In this document: piece after piece, positions 20,487 through 29,720 of the stretch
Position numbering within the stretch: position 1 is the first letter of the stretch
Layout of the letters: each line of letters opens with the position of its first letter
Assembly: GCA_051874735.1 (NCBI GenBank)
Contig: JBJEGD010000005.1
Coordinates: 1 to 63,568, forward strand
Length of the DNA: 63,568 nucleotides
DNA from: Candidatus Bruticola sp.
Lineage (GTDB): Bacteria > Vulcanimicrobiota > Xenobia > Xenobiales > Xenobiaceae
Reading direction: 5' to 3'
The notes under the pieces: model-generated
Database searches by the model: none
The model's input: only the letters and a program-made list of their open reading frames with translations
What the model was told of the DNA's origin: nothing
Program-made: the position numbers and the translations under genes

Positions 20487-22739
20487 TTGGTTACTCACGA
20501 GGAACAATTCAGGCGCCGGTTGCTGGCCACGTTCCAAGTTGAAGCGGAAGATTATATTAAAGGGATTCTCTCAGGCCTTTCAGCGATGGAGATTGCCTTA
20601 GACAGCGATCCTCTGAAGACAGCTCCATTAATAGAGCCAATTTTCCGCCAATTTCACAGTCTAAAGGGAGCTTCTCAAGCTATAGGCTGTGATAGTGTTG
20701 GTCAAATTTGTCAATCAGCTGAGAACATACTCTCCACTTGGAAAAAAATTCCTGCTAAGGCTAACAAAGCAGAACTGTCATCTATGATTGAAGCGGCCCT
20801 CAGTGCTGCTTCAGAATTAAAAATAGACTTAGCGACTTCCGCAGAAGCCTCTTTGGATACAACATCTACGGTCCTTCCCAATAGCACGCCTAATAAAATT
20901 TATCGTTCTGCCCCTTTACCTTCTAACGTTCAAGAAAAACAGCCATTGTCTAACAACTCTGCAGCTGAGCTAGATCTACAAAAAAAAGCTATACCCGGCA
21001 GCAAAACTCGTGACTTATCTTCGAATTCGATAAAACCAAAATCAGAAACGGTTCGCATCAGCTCCAGCAAGTTAGATCTGCTATTGCGCCGAGGTGAACA
21101 GCTCGTTCTAGCTCGTTTAAACAGTAAACAACGCTGGAGTGAAGCGCAAAACTTGCTAAACAATATTACGTTAGCCAATCGGCTTCTCCAAGACATTGCA
21201 GATAAAAGTGAGGAAAATCCTTTTATCTGCAACTTATCTAACGATCTGCGCTCTATAGTAACTTCGATGCAGCGCCATACTCGCAACCTCGGAGCAGACT
21301 ACCATGAACTGAACAATCAACTACAGTCGCTACTAAACGAAGTAAAAGGAGCACGCCTAGCTCCTGTGCGTCCTCTGCTTGAAGAACTAGAAATAGCTGC
21401 ACGCCGTATAGCCAGGCAGCTATCTAAAAAAGTTCGTATTACTACCATTGGCGGCGATCTAGAGCTAGACCGCAGCATTATGGAATCGCTCAAAATTCCC
21501 CTCATCCATTTAGTTCGCAATGCTCTTGATCATGGCTTAGAAAGCACAGAAGAACGTCAAGCCTTACATAAAAATCTAGAGGGGTGTCTCAGCATAAAAG
21601 TTATCAGCCGAGGTAGCGGATTAATGGAATTTGTTATCGCCGACGATGGCCGGGGGATTCAAACTTGCGAAGTCATAGAAGCTGCTAAAAGGCAAGGTAT
21701 TATATCTGACGATTCTGAAGCAGATTCATTAGATCTCATTTTCACTTCTGGAATATCGACTTCTTCTAAAGTTACTGAATTGTCAGGACGCGGCCTAGGT
21801 ATGGCTATAGTTAGAGAAAAAATTGAAGCGCTTAAGGGAACTATAAGGGTAAAAACGAAAATAGGAGAGGGGACTTCATTTATATTATCTGTACCTACTA
21901 GCTTGGCTACATTTGAAGGACTACTCGTCAAAGAGCAGGGACGATTCCTAGTTTTTCCTTTAAGCGGCGTAGAAGCTGTGGCCCAAATAAAACCGGAAGA
22001 AATATTCACTCTTGAAAGCTGTCCCATGATTAATTTTCGTGGACGTGCCTTGCCAATTATAAATCTGGATCAAATTTTAAAACTTCCGCGAATTAATCAG
22101 ACTCAATCTCGAACAGGCTGTTCAACAGTTATCGCCGCGGCAGGAGGACATCATTTAGCTCTCACAGTTGACGAAATTATTGGAGTTCAGGAAGTTCTGG
22201 CACGCGATTTAGGACCACAGTTAAAAAAAGTCCGCTTTATTACAGGGACCTGTATGGTAGGATATCACCAAGTAGTTCCTGTCTTAAATGTAGCCGATCT
22301 CCTTACTAACGTGCGCGGCAGTATTCGTTCGATACCCCAAACTGAAGCTCACACCTCTCCCTTAATTTTGGTAACGGACGATTCTATAACTACGAGAACG
22401 CTTATACGAGGACTTTTAGAGGCAGCTGGATTCAGAGTAAGGGTGGCTGCTGACGGCAGCCAAGCCTGGGAGTTAATGCAAAACGAAAAATTCGACATGC
22501 TCATTTCCGATGTAGATATGCCGGGAATAACAGGGTTCGACTTAGTCATCAAAGTCAGATCTAACAGCAGATTGAGTAAAACTCCCATCATCCTGATAAC
22601 TGGTCAAGAAAGAATTGAAGATAGGCAGCGCGGACTAAAATTAGGTGCCAATGCCTATATTGGGAAAAGTTCTTTTGATAAAGGATTGCTTTTAGAAGCG
22701 GTAACTAGGTTCCTAGGAGAAGTAAAAGTTAGCAGATAA
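20487..22739 (+). CDS. cheA: Hybrid CheA histidine kinase with C-terminal receiver (WspE/FrzE-like)
   Basis: Hpt FHSLKGAS; HLVRNALDHG, DDGRG, SGRGLGM; CheW domain; REC with DD and LISDVDMP. Confidence 0.95.
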   Translation: MVTHEEQFRRRLLATFQVEAEDYIKGILSGLSAMEIALDSDPLKTAPLIEPIFRQFHSLKGASQAIGCDSVGQICQSAENILSTWKKIPAKANKAELSSMIEAALSAASELKIDLATSAEASLDTTSTVLPNSTPNKIYRSAPLPSNVQEKQPLSNNSAAELDLQKKAIPGSKTRDLSSNSIKPKSETVRISSSKLDLLLRRGEQLVLARLNSKQRWSEAQNLLNNITLANRLLQDIADKSEENPFICNLSNDLRSIVTSMQRHTRNLGADYHELNNQLQSLLNEVKGARLAPVRPLLEELEIAARRIARQLSKKVRITTIGGDLELDRSIMESLKIPLIHLVRNALDHGLESTEERQALHKNLEGCLSIKVISRGSGLMEFVIADDGRGIQTCEVIEAAKRQGIISDDSEADSLDLIFTSGISTSSKVTELSGRGLGMAIVREKIEALKGTIRVKTKIGEGTSFILSVPTSLATFEGLLVKEQGRFLVFPLSGVEAVAQIKPEEIFTLESCPMINFRGRALPIINLDQILKLPRINQTQSRTGCSTVIAAAGGHHLALTVDEIIGVQEVLARDLGPQLKKVRFITGTCMVGYHQVVPVLNVADLLTNVRGSIRSIPQTEAHTSPLILVTDDSITTRTLIRGLLEAAGFRVRVAADGSQAWELMQNEKFDMLISDVDMPGITGFDLVIKVRSNSRLSKTPIILITGQERIEDRQRGLKLGANAYIGKSSFDKGLLLEAVTRFLGEVKVSR

Positions 22740-22742
22740 ATT

Positions 22743-23885
22743 ATGGTCAGGTTATTAATAATAGATCCGGAGTTTGAACGCAGTACTTGGCTTAGCCAAA
22801 AACTCAGTTCGGTTGGTTTTTACATAGCTGCTTCAGTCTTGGCCTGCGAGCTGACCATCAAAAGCATCAGCAAATACAAGCCTAATCTGGTTATAATTGC
22901 TCCTCTAGCCAGCAAACTTGAAGGAGCCCAGTTAGCTCTGTCCATCATGGAACAAGCCCCCGTTCCTATTATTTTGTTGTATAGCGAGGAAACTGCTGAC
23001 CGGTATACAGACATAAGCTGGTGCGGAGCGGTAGCCTCTATGGCTATCCCTCCTCCCCCATCATCAGAGGGACACAGCGAACAAATGCAAAATTTAGTAA
23101 ATAGTATTCGACTGATGCATGTAGTTCCGGTAGTCAAACGAAGATCTGGAGATTGCAAAATTTTTAAAGAATCATATTGCCAACAAGAAGTTAACCTAAA
23201 GTCCGGCATACCGAATTCAGTGGCTGACAGTATCAGCAAGTTTTCTATATTAAAAAACTTTCAATATAATCTCAATTCAGTTCTGGGCATTCAAACTTCA
23301 TCAATTTTTAAACGTTTTCTGCAACCTCAAATTATAGGCATAGCCGCTTCAACAGGAGGTCTACAAGCGGTAAAAATCATTTTAAACGGGCTGCCACCAG
23401 AATATCCCATTCCTATTCTTTTAGTTCAGCATATCAGCGAAGGCTTCAATGTTACCCTTATTTCCACTTTATCTTCCAGTTTAAATCTGCACGTACAAGA
23501 AGCAGTGGAAAATGACGAACTAAAAGCCGGTATAGTCTATGTGGCTCCATCTCGGTATCATTTAACTGTCAACCGACAGAAAAAAATTAAATTATTGCCC
23601 AAACAAGCTTTAGAGGGGCACTGTCCTTCGGCTACAGCTATGTTTTCAAGTCTGGCTGAGAATTATGCCCAAAAGGCTGTAGGCATAATTCTCAGTGGTA
23701 TGGGCGATGACGGATCAGAAGGTCTGGTACATATGAGAGAAGTTGGAAGTTTAACTATTGCCCAAGATCAGGCTAGCTGTTTAATTTCCAGTATGCCCAA
23801 GCAAGCTGTACTGCGTGGAGCAATCGAAATAACTCTTCCCCCGCCCCAGATCAATATATTGCTGCGTAATCTGGCAGCTTTATAG
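22743..23885 (+). CDS. cheB: CheB methylesterase with degenerate receiver domain
   Basis: Catalytic ASTGG, VQHI and GMGDDG intact. Confidence 0.92.
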   Translation: MVRLLIIDPEFERSTWLSQKLSSVGFYIAASVLACELTIKSISKYKPNLVIIAPLASKLEGAQLALSIMEQAPVPIILLYSEETADRYTDISWCGAVASMAIPPPPSSEGHSEQMQNLVNSIRLMHVVPVVKRRSGDCKIFKESYCQQEVNLKSGIPNSVADSISKFSILKNFQYNLNSVLGIQTSSIFKRFLQPQIIGIAASTGGLQAVKIILNGLPPEYPIPILLVQHISEGFNVTLISTLSSSLNLHVQEAVENDELKAGIVYVAPSRYHLTVNRQKKIKLLPKQALEGHCPSATAMFSSLAENYAQKAVGIILSGMGDDGSEGLVHMREVGSLTIAQDQASCLISSMPKQAVLRGAIEITLPPPQINILLRNLAAL

Positions 23886-24074
23886 CCGTTTATGTGGGAA
23901 CTTTAAGTTTAACTGACGAATCTCGAAGACAATCGGCTTAGTGCTTAACTTGCACTTGCTTTCGAATCTTGTTTTTTGGGTGCACACTCGCAAAAGCGAA
24001 ACTCTGTCGTTATAAATTTGTGCGCCTGAGTTGCTTGTATCCGACTGCTTTTCTAATTTTTACATGAGGTAAAT

Positions 24075-25367
24075 ATGCTTACTTCTCCAAGATTATATCA
24101 AGCTTTACTCCAAGAAACATTTCGTTTACGTTCCCCCAAACGTATCCTGTTATCAGGAGCACAAATACCAGATTTGGTGGTAAAAATTATTAAGTCGCTA
24201 CACGACGGAGATGAACTTTACATTACAGACAGTATTTCTACACAAATATCGTCTCTTAAAGATAATTTGAAGACAGAACCATCTTACCAAGCTAGAATCT
24301 CTCAGATTCATTTCGAAGACAAATTTATTTGGGAGCTAGACAAACCAGAATACTTCAATTCAATTATTCTCAGTTACCCTATTGATCTTTTATCTGACGA
24401 TATACTCAAAAAAAGCATGGAAAGCTGCCGTTCTCTTTTAATTCAAGGTGGTACCGTCAGCTGTTTGGAAATAGCCTGGCTTAGGAAAGTACGCAGTTTT
24501 TTAACCTCGTGCTGGAGAAAAAATTCTTGTCAGCCGATCCAACCTACCTGCTTAGAGCGCTTTATAAACTCTTTTCTAGTTTACAAGGAAACGATTGTAA
24601 CCAATATACCTCCTGTATGGGTAAATCATCTTCGCTTTACCCCTAGTTCTTGCCAGGATGCTGCTAAAATTCATGCTATTGAAGGACGTTCTTCTCTAGC
24701 CTTAGGCCCCATAAAAATTGCCAAAGATTTTCTGCGCTTTGTACTGCCTTTAGGTACTTTAAGCTGGGGACTGAAAAAGTTTGGCTGTGCTCTGTGGTAC
24801 TGGCCAATGATCTTATTAGCTGGAGTAGCGGCTTTCCTTAGAGACCCCAGACGGACTATCAAAGCAGACAGAAACTTAGCCTTTTCAGCTTGCGATGGTA
24901 AAGTTCTCGACGTATCTATTGTAACGGATCCTCATCTGGGCACTGGACAATGGCTGCGTATCGCCACGTTTTTGTCACTTTTTGATACCCATATCAATCG
25001 TTCTCCAGTTTCGGGAAAAATAGTCGATCAATTTGATGTAGAAGGTGGATATGCCAGAGCCAATCTACCTAAGGCCAATCACAACTACTCAACTTATGTT
25101 CTTTTAGAAACAGAACACGGTACTATAGCGATAGCCCAGAGAGTTGGTCTCATTGCTCGTCGTATATATAACTGGGTCGGGCGCGGCGAATTGCTGGCCC
25201 AAGGAGAGCGTTACGGCTTAATACGCATGGGCTCGCGCACCGATGTATACCTGCCTTGTGATAAATACCGTTCATTGGTAAAAGTTGGCGATAAAATTCA
25301 GGCAGGCTTAACCCCTATTGCCGCTCTGGTTCCCGAAGAGACTAACCATACAGAAGACAAAGCCTAA
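24075..25367 (+). CDS. psd: Phosphatidylserine decarboxylase fused to an N-terminal PmtA-like methyltransferase-fold domain
   Basis: C-half: FLRDP.R, DGKV, FLS.FD.H.NRSP, Q.VGLIARR, MGSRTD (pyruvoyl cleavage GS). N-half ends in NIPPVWV. Confidence 0.85.
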   Translation: MLTSPRLYQALLQETFRLRSPKRILLSGAQIPDLVVKIIKSLHDGDELYITDSISTQISSLKDNLKTEPSYQARISQIHFEDKFIWELDKPEYFNSIILSYPIDLLSDDILKKSMESCRSLLIQGGTVSCLEIAWLRKVRSFLTSCWRKNSCQPIQPTCLERFINSFLVYKETIVTNIPPVWVNHLRFTPSSCQDAAKIHAIEGRSSLALGPIKIAKDFLRFVLPLGTLSWGLKKFGCALWYWPMILLAGVAAFLRDPRRTIKADRNLAFSACDGKVLDVSIVTDPHLGTGQWLRIATFLSLFDTHINRSPVSGKIVDQFDVEGGYARANLPKANHNYSTYVLLETEHGTIAIAQRVGLIARRIYNWVGRGELLAQGERYGLIRMGSRTDVYLPCDKYRSLVKVGDKIQAGLTPIAALVPEETNHTEDKA

Positions 25368-25400
25368 TCTACTTGCCCATAAAAAAATTGGCGTCAAACT

Positions 25401-25448
25401 AATAGAGGCGATGATTGATATATAACAATCACCGCCTCTATTTTTTTC
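25401..25448 (+). terminator. Intrinsic terminator
   Basis: AATAGAGGCG.TGATTG ... CAATCA.CGCCTCTATT followed by a T-run. Confidence 0.75.
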
Positions 25449-27377
25449 TCAACGTTTGCTAAAGCGGGCCATCAGAGCAGCTTGTACACTAGACATCCCC
25501 CCTCTATTTCCCCTAGTTTCTTCCTCTTCGCCATCGTCTGCAGGAGATTCCCAACGAGATTTGCGTCCTTTGCGCTTCTTAGAAGTTCCTCGAGCTGGAC
25601 GCACGCTAGCAGAGCTAAACACACCGTCTCCGAACATGGAACTACCCGAAGAAGCAAAGGCTGAAGCTACCGGACCAGCCTTAACTTCTTTCTTAGCTGA
25701 CGGAGAAGAAGCCACTGCAGATAAAGCAGAGGCCTCATCCTGATTTTTAGACTCAGCAGCTACATTATCAGACTCTAATACCGCCAGATACTCCCAAGGA
25801 ATTACTTCCCGTGCCGGTGGTTCCACGACAATTTTCTGCATAAGCTCAATCGTATCTGGATAGGAGGCCATAACGAACGGAACGGGAACCAGCAGCTTAC
25901 CAGGCACAGCCTTGCCAACCAGAACTCTAGTAACAGAACTGCCGGGACGACCAGATGTTGTTTCGTTAGATTGAGCATCAGGCTTATCCTCAGCCATAAG
26001 CGGCAAGAAGTCATCATCAATCTTGCCCAGACTTTCGTTTTCACCCTCAAAACTATCCAGTTCACCATCAAATCCACCAACTGGACCATCGTCAGCATAA
26101 AGATCATCTTCGCTGGCAGCTTGTACCACAGGCGCTGTCTGTCCTATAGTCTTACCCCTATTGGCCACTTCTGCCATCTTGGCCAGCCTGGCTTCACGCT
26201 GAGCAATGAGAGTTTTTACATTAGACAACTCGCGTACAGCATAAGTATTGGAAGCATCAATCTCTAACAGGCGTTCCAAAACACGCACACTGTCATCGTA
26301 TTCTTGAGCTTCGCTATACGATCTGGAGGCAGCAGTTAGCTCTTTTACAGCCTCGGTTGGGTTCTCAATAGCTACATAAACTTCAGCTAGCTTTTCTCGA
26401 GCTTCCAAGTCATCAGGAGTATTAGAGAGTATCTTCCTCAAAGCTAAACTAGCATCAGAATGCTTGCCTATTGCAATAGACGCCGAAGCTAGTCCCATAA
26501 GAGCTTCACGATTATCGTAAGCTATATGCATGCAAGAGCGGTAAACAGAAATAGAATTTTCGTAATCTTCTGTTAAACTGTAAAGTTCAGCCAAGCGCAG
26601 GGCTATACCAAGATCTTCAGGAAGGAGCATGCGCAAGCGACGATATAGTTCAGCAGCGTGAACATAATCGTTCTTATTCTCGTAGAAAGAGGCTATATTG
26701 CGACACTGTTTAGTACATTCTTGAATATTACCCAGCTGCATGTGAATATCAGCTAACTTGACAGCCAATTCTACACGCAAGGGGAAGGCATCTAGAGCCA
26801 CCTGTAACACTTTAACGGATAGTTCACCGCTGCCTATATCCACAAAGTAATTGGAGTAATCTAGAACAGACTTGATGTACCTGTCTTCATCACCGCTGTT
26901 TTTAATACAGCGCAAAACTCCCAAACGTGCTTCTAAAGAATCAAGGTCGAAGCGCATCACAGCCTGAGCCACTAACAAAGCTAGTTCAAACTGTTTGTCT
27001 TCTTCTAACTGCTTCATCCATTGCAAAGAGAGCTTTATCAAACGTTTTAGCTTACCACATACAGCATAAAGACGAGCCAAACTGTTAACAACTCGAAATG
27101 AGGTAGGTTTTATCTTATAGGCCGATTCATATCTAAGTACAGCCTCTCGGAATTCGCCACGTAAGGACAAGCTGTCAGCTTCTTCAAGCAGAGCAGGAAT
27201 AGCCTCTGCAGTTAGAACTTCTTCGTTTTCCTCTTTCTGCTCCTCAGACTCTACCGCGACTGCTTTCTTATCCTTGCTGCTCTTTTCGGTAGATAAGTCT
27301 ATTAGGCCAACTTCATCTTCAGAGTCAATGTCATCGTTATAAGACAAAAGATTTCCATTCATAGCTGACACGTACAC
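25449..27377 (-). CDS. Multi-TPR protein with acidic low-complexity tail
   Basis: Repeated helical TPR patterns (EAREKLAEVY, LRLAELY, LERLLEIDASN); disordered C-terminus. Confidence 0.8.
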   Translation of the reverse strand: MYVSAMNGNLLSYNDDIDSEDEVGLIDLSTEKSSKDKKAVAVESEEQKEENEEVLTAEAIPALLEEADSLSLRGEFREAVLRYESAYKIKPTSFRVVNSLARLYAVCGKLKRLIKLSLQWMKQLEEDKQFELALLVAQAVMRFDLDSLEARLGVLRCIKNSGDEDRYIKSVLDYSNYFVDIGSGELSVKVLQVALDAFPLRVELAVKLADIHMQLGNIQECTKQCRNIASFYENKNDYVHAAELYRRLRMLLPEDLGIALRLAELYSLTEDYENSISVYRSCMHIAYDNREALMGLASASIAIGKHSDASLALRKILSNTPDDLEAREKLAEVYVAIENPTEAVKELTAASRSYSEAQEYDDSVRVLERLLEIDASNTYAVRELSNVKTLIAQREARLAKMAEVANRGKTIGQTAPVVQAASEDDLYADDGPVGGFDGELDSFEGENESLGKIDDDFLPLMAEDKPDAQSNETTSGRPGSSVTRVLVGKAVPGKLLVPVPFVMASYPDTIELMQKIVVEPPAREVIPWEYLAVLESDNVAAESKNQDEASALSAVASSPSAKKEVKAGPVASAFASSGSSMFGDGVFSSASVRPARGTSKKRKGRKSRWESPADDGEEEETRGNRGGMSSVQAALMARFSKR

Positions 27378-27439
27378 AAACCCCTTAAAATGTTAGGCGA
27401 TGCATTTAGCAATAGTGCTGAGATGCGAAAAAACGCAGA

Positions 27440-27859
27440 CTAAGAACCTGTTGAGCCAAAGCCGCCACGCTCTGTATCGGAGACAATCTCGCACACCAAA
27501 TTGGTATGCCAAACTTTATCAAACTTGACCTGGGCGACTCTATCCCCCTCTTGAAGCTCGATAATTTCTGAAGAGAGATTGTGAACTATTACGCCCAATT
27601 CTTTGCGATACAGATGATCGATTGTACCAAAATGCACTGTTAAACCTCGGACAGCCAATCCGCTGCGCCCTCTTATTTGCGCCTCCCAACCAGCAGGCAT
27701 TTCAAAACGCAGTCCCATTTTAAGAACCTTAGTTTGCCCAGGAGCTAAAACAGTCTTAACAGGCAGAAAAAGGTCGTAAGCAGCATCTGTCGGGAAGGCT
27801 TTCTTAGGCAATCGGGCTTTTTCATGAATCAGCTCCACTTTAACAGTACAGTCACACAT
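27440..27859 (-). CDS. dut: dUTP pyrophosphatase
   Basis: AAYDL, GRSG, GTID..Y, RVAQ, RGGFGSTG. Confidence 0.95.
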   Translation of the reverse strand: MCDCTVKVELIHEKARLPKKAFPTDAAYDLFLPVKTVLAPGQTKVLKMGLRFEMPAGWEAQIRGRSGLAVRGLTVHFGTIDHLYRKELGVIVHNLSSEIIELQEGDRVAQVKFDKVWHTNLVCEIVSDTERGGFGSTGS

Positions 27860-28050
27860 GTCTAAAACCCACCACTGTTCATAACATAAAAAAACTTTTG
27901 CCTAACAATAAGCCAAAACTTCACGGTCTTCCAAGCGATCAGTCGAGTCTTTTCAGCATGCAAAGCTTCAATCCTACTTCTAAAAATGAATTAAAAGTCA
28001 ATATTTTTAAGCAATTTAAGCTTTATCTAGCGAGATTGCATTGCCTCCAT

Positions 28051-29547
28051 TCAGATTATTTTCTCATCAGACGAAGAATGTATTCTAGAGAAATAAACTG
28101 AACTATTTAGTGCAATCCGTCCGCAAATAAGCGCCATATAATATAAGATTATCTTTCCAGAAGAAAGCGGCGTGGCTTTAAAAACTGGGAACCAGTCGCT
28201 TAGAGCGGAAGACGCCTTTAAAGCGTAAAGGCATAGCCATTCATTTATCATCAAGATCATTTTTCCCAAATAAGGAACGTCAGCCAGTATCAAAGTAGGC
28301 ACTGTTAAAACAAATACTAATTCTAAAGCCGGTACAATCAGCAAATTAGCTAAAACAAACGCACTAGGAAATTGCTCGAAATATGTTATAAGCAGAGGAA
28401 GTAAAAACATATTAACTGATATAGCCAAACTAATTGACTGATTAACGAATTTTGGCAACCAAGACAAGATAGAAGCAAAAACTGGCATCCATATAGCTAT
28501 GCCAAGTACAGCGCCAAAAGAGAGTTGGAATCCTATATCCTCAATCCAAGCGGGATCACTCATAAGCATAAAAATCCATACTATGCACAGTGTCCGTATA
28601 AGATGCACTGGACGTCCAAGCGGAATAGCCAGCAAAGCTAAACTGGCCATAAAAAATGCCCGAACTAAGGAAGCGGCCCAACCTACTGTAAATAAATACA
28701 GACTACACAGCACAATAGCCCCATAGACTCCAGACCTACGGCTGCCCCCCATCAAATTGACCACCATAGCAGCTAAAGCAGCCACAATTGATACATTGAA
28801 ACCAGAAGCAGCTGTCAGATGGCTCAGCCCAATACTGCGCAGTAATTCCTTAGTTTGTATGGGCAGATAAGCACTATTTCCTAAAAACATGCCGGCAGTT
28901 AAGCCGCGACTGTACCAAAGATAAACACTATCTATGCGCTTTTTGATAATTAAGCGAAGAGCTTCACTTTTTAATAAAAATGTGCTCTGGGGAGCTTTTA
29001 CCAAATGAAGTTCTTTTAACTGTATCACATGGCTAATTTTCCATCGACGGTAATAATCGGCTTCCTGACCCAAAGGTAACAACAAACCGCGACACTTCAC
29101 TAAAGCTCCTTCACGTATTGAAGCAGAAAGTGTTTTTTTGCTTTCGGCTAGAATTGGTCGTCCACTTTTGAGACGCAACACCATCCTCTGCCTATGTGGA
29201 GAAAGAAAAATACGTTCTATTTCTCCTTCTCCGCACACATATGAACATTCCATTATTTCGAAATAGGCCTGATTCGCTTTATAACTACAAGGTGCATACA
29301 ACGAGGCCGTAATTAGAGCAGCGGTAGCAGCGATCAAACAACATAACATAATTTGAAGGCGCCAACTACACAGCGTTGTAAGAGACCAAAGGCATGTGGC
29401 TAGAATAAACGCAGCGGTTCCCCATCCTCCAAGGGGCCAAACTTTAAATAAGATCCCCAGAGCTGCTCCTAAGGCCCCCCACATAGGCCAAGCGTATAAA
29501 CAAGCATAAACTGCCCGCAACTGCAGAGCCATCAACTTCATATACAA
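28051..29547 (-). CDS. comEC: ComEC/Rec2 competence channel (no beta-lactamase domain)
   Basis: GLSHLTAASGFN, SLVRAFFM, GFQLSF, ANL..VP. Confidence 0.85.
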   Translation of the reverse strand: MYMKLMALQLRAVYACLYAWPMWGALGAALGILFKVWPLGGWGTAAFILATCLWSLTTLCSWRLQIMLCCLIAATAALITASLYAPCSYKANQAYFEIMECSYVCGEGEIERIFLSPHRQRMVLRLKSGRPILAESKKTLSASIREGALVKCRGLLLPLGQEADYYRRWKISHVIQLKELHLVKAPQSTFLLKSEALRLIIKKRIDSVYLWYSRGLTAGMFLGNSAYLPIQTKELLRSIGLSHLTAASGFNVSIVAALAAMVVNLMGGSRRSGVYGAIVLCSLYLFTVGWAASLVRAFFMASLALLAIPLGRPVHLIRTLCIVWIFMLMSDPAWIEDIGFQLSFGAVLGIAIWMPVFASILSWLPKFVNQSISLAISVNMFLLPLLITYFEQFPSAFVLANLLIVPALELVFVLTVPTLILADVPYLGKMILMINEWLCLYALKASSALSDWFPVFKATPLSSGKIILYYMALICGRIALNSSVYFSRIHSSSDEKII

Positions 29548-29720
29548 AATTTTGCTGTATATTTATTGCCAACAAATGTCACAATTACTGCGTCAATATT
29601 AACAGCATATTGATTTTTGGCACCTTAATACCAAAAGGCTACGACAAGGCCACTTTTCCCATAAAGTTAATTATTTTTCAACAGACTGCCAATAAAATAG
29701 GTCTATTTTTGTGCTAAACT

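Noticed and set aside
23980-24030. Stem GGGTGCACA/TGTGCGCCT upstream of the psd fusion
   Set aside because: A single modest stem with no recognisable motif; insufficient support for a regulatory RNA.
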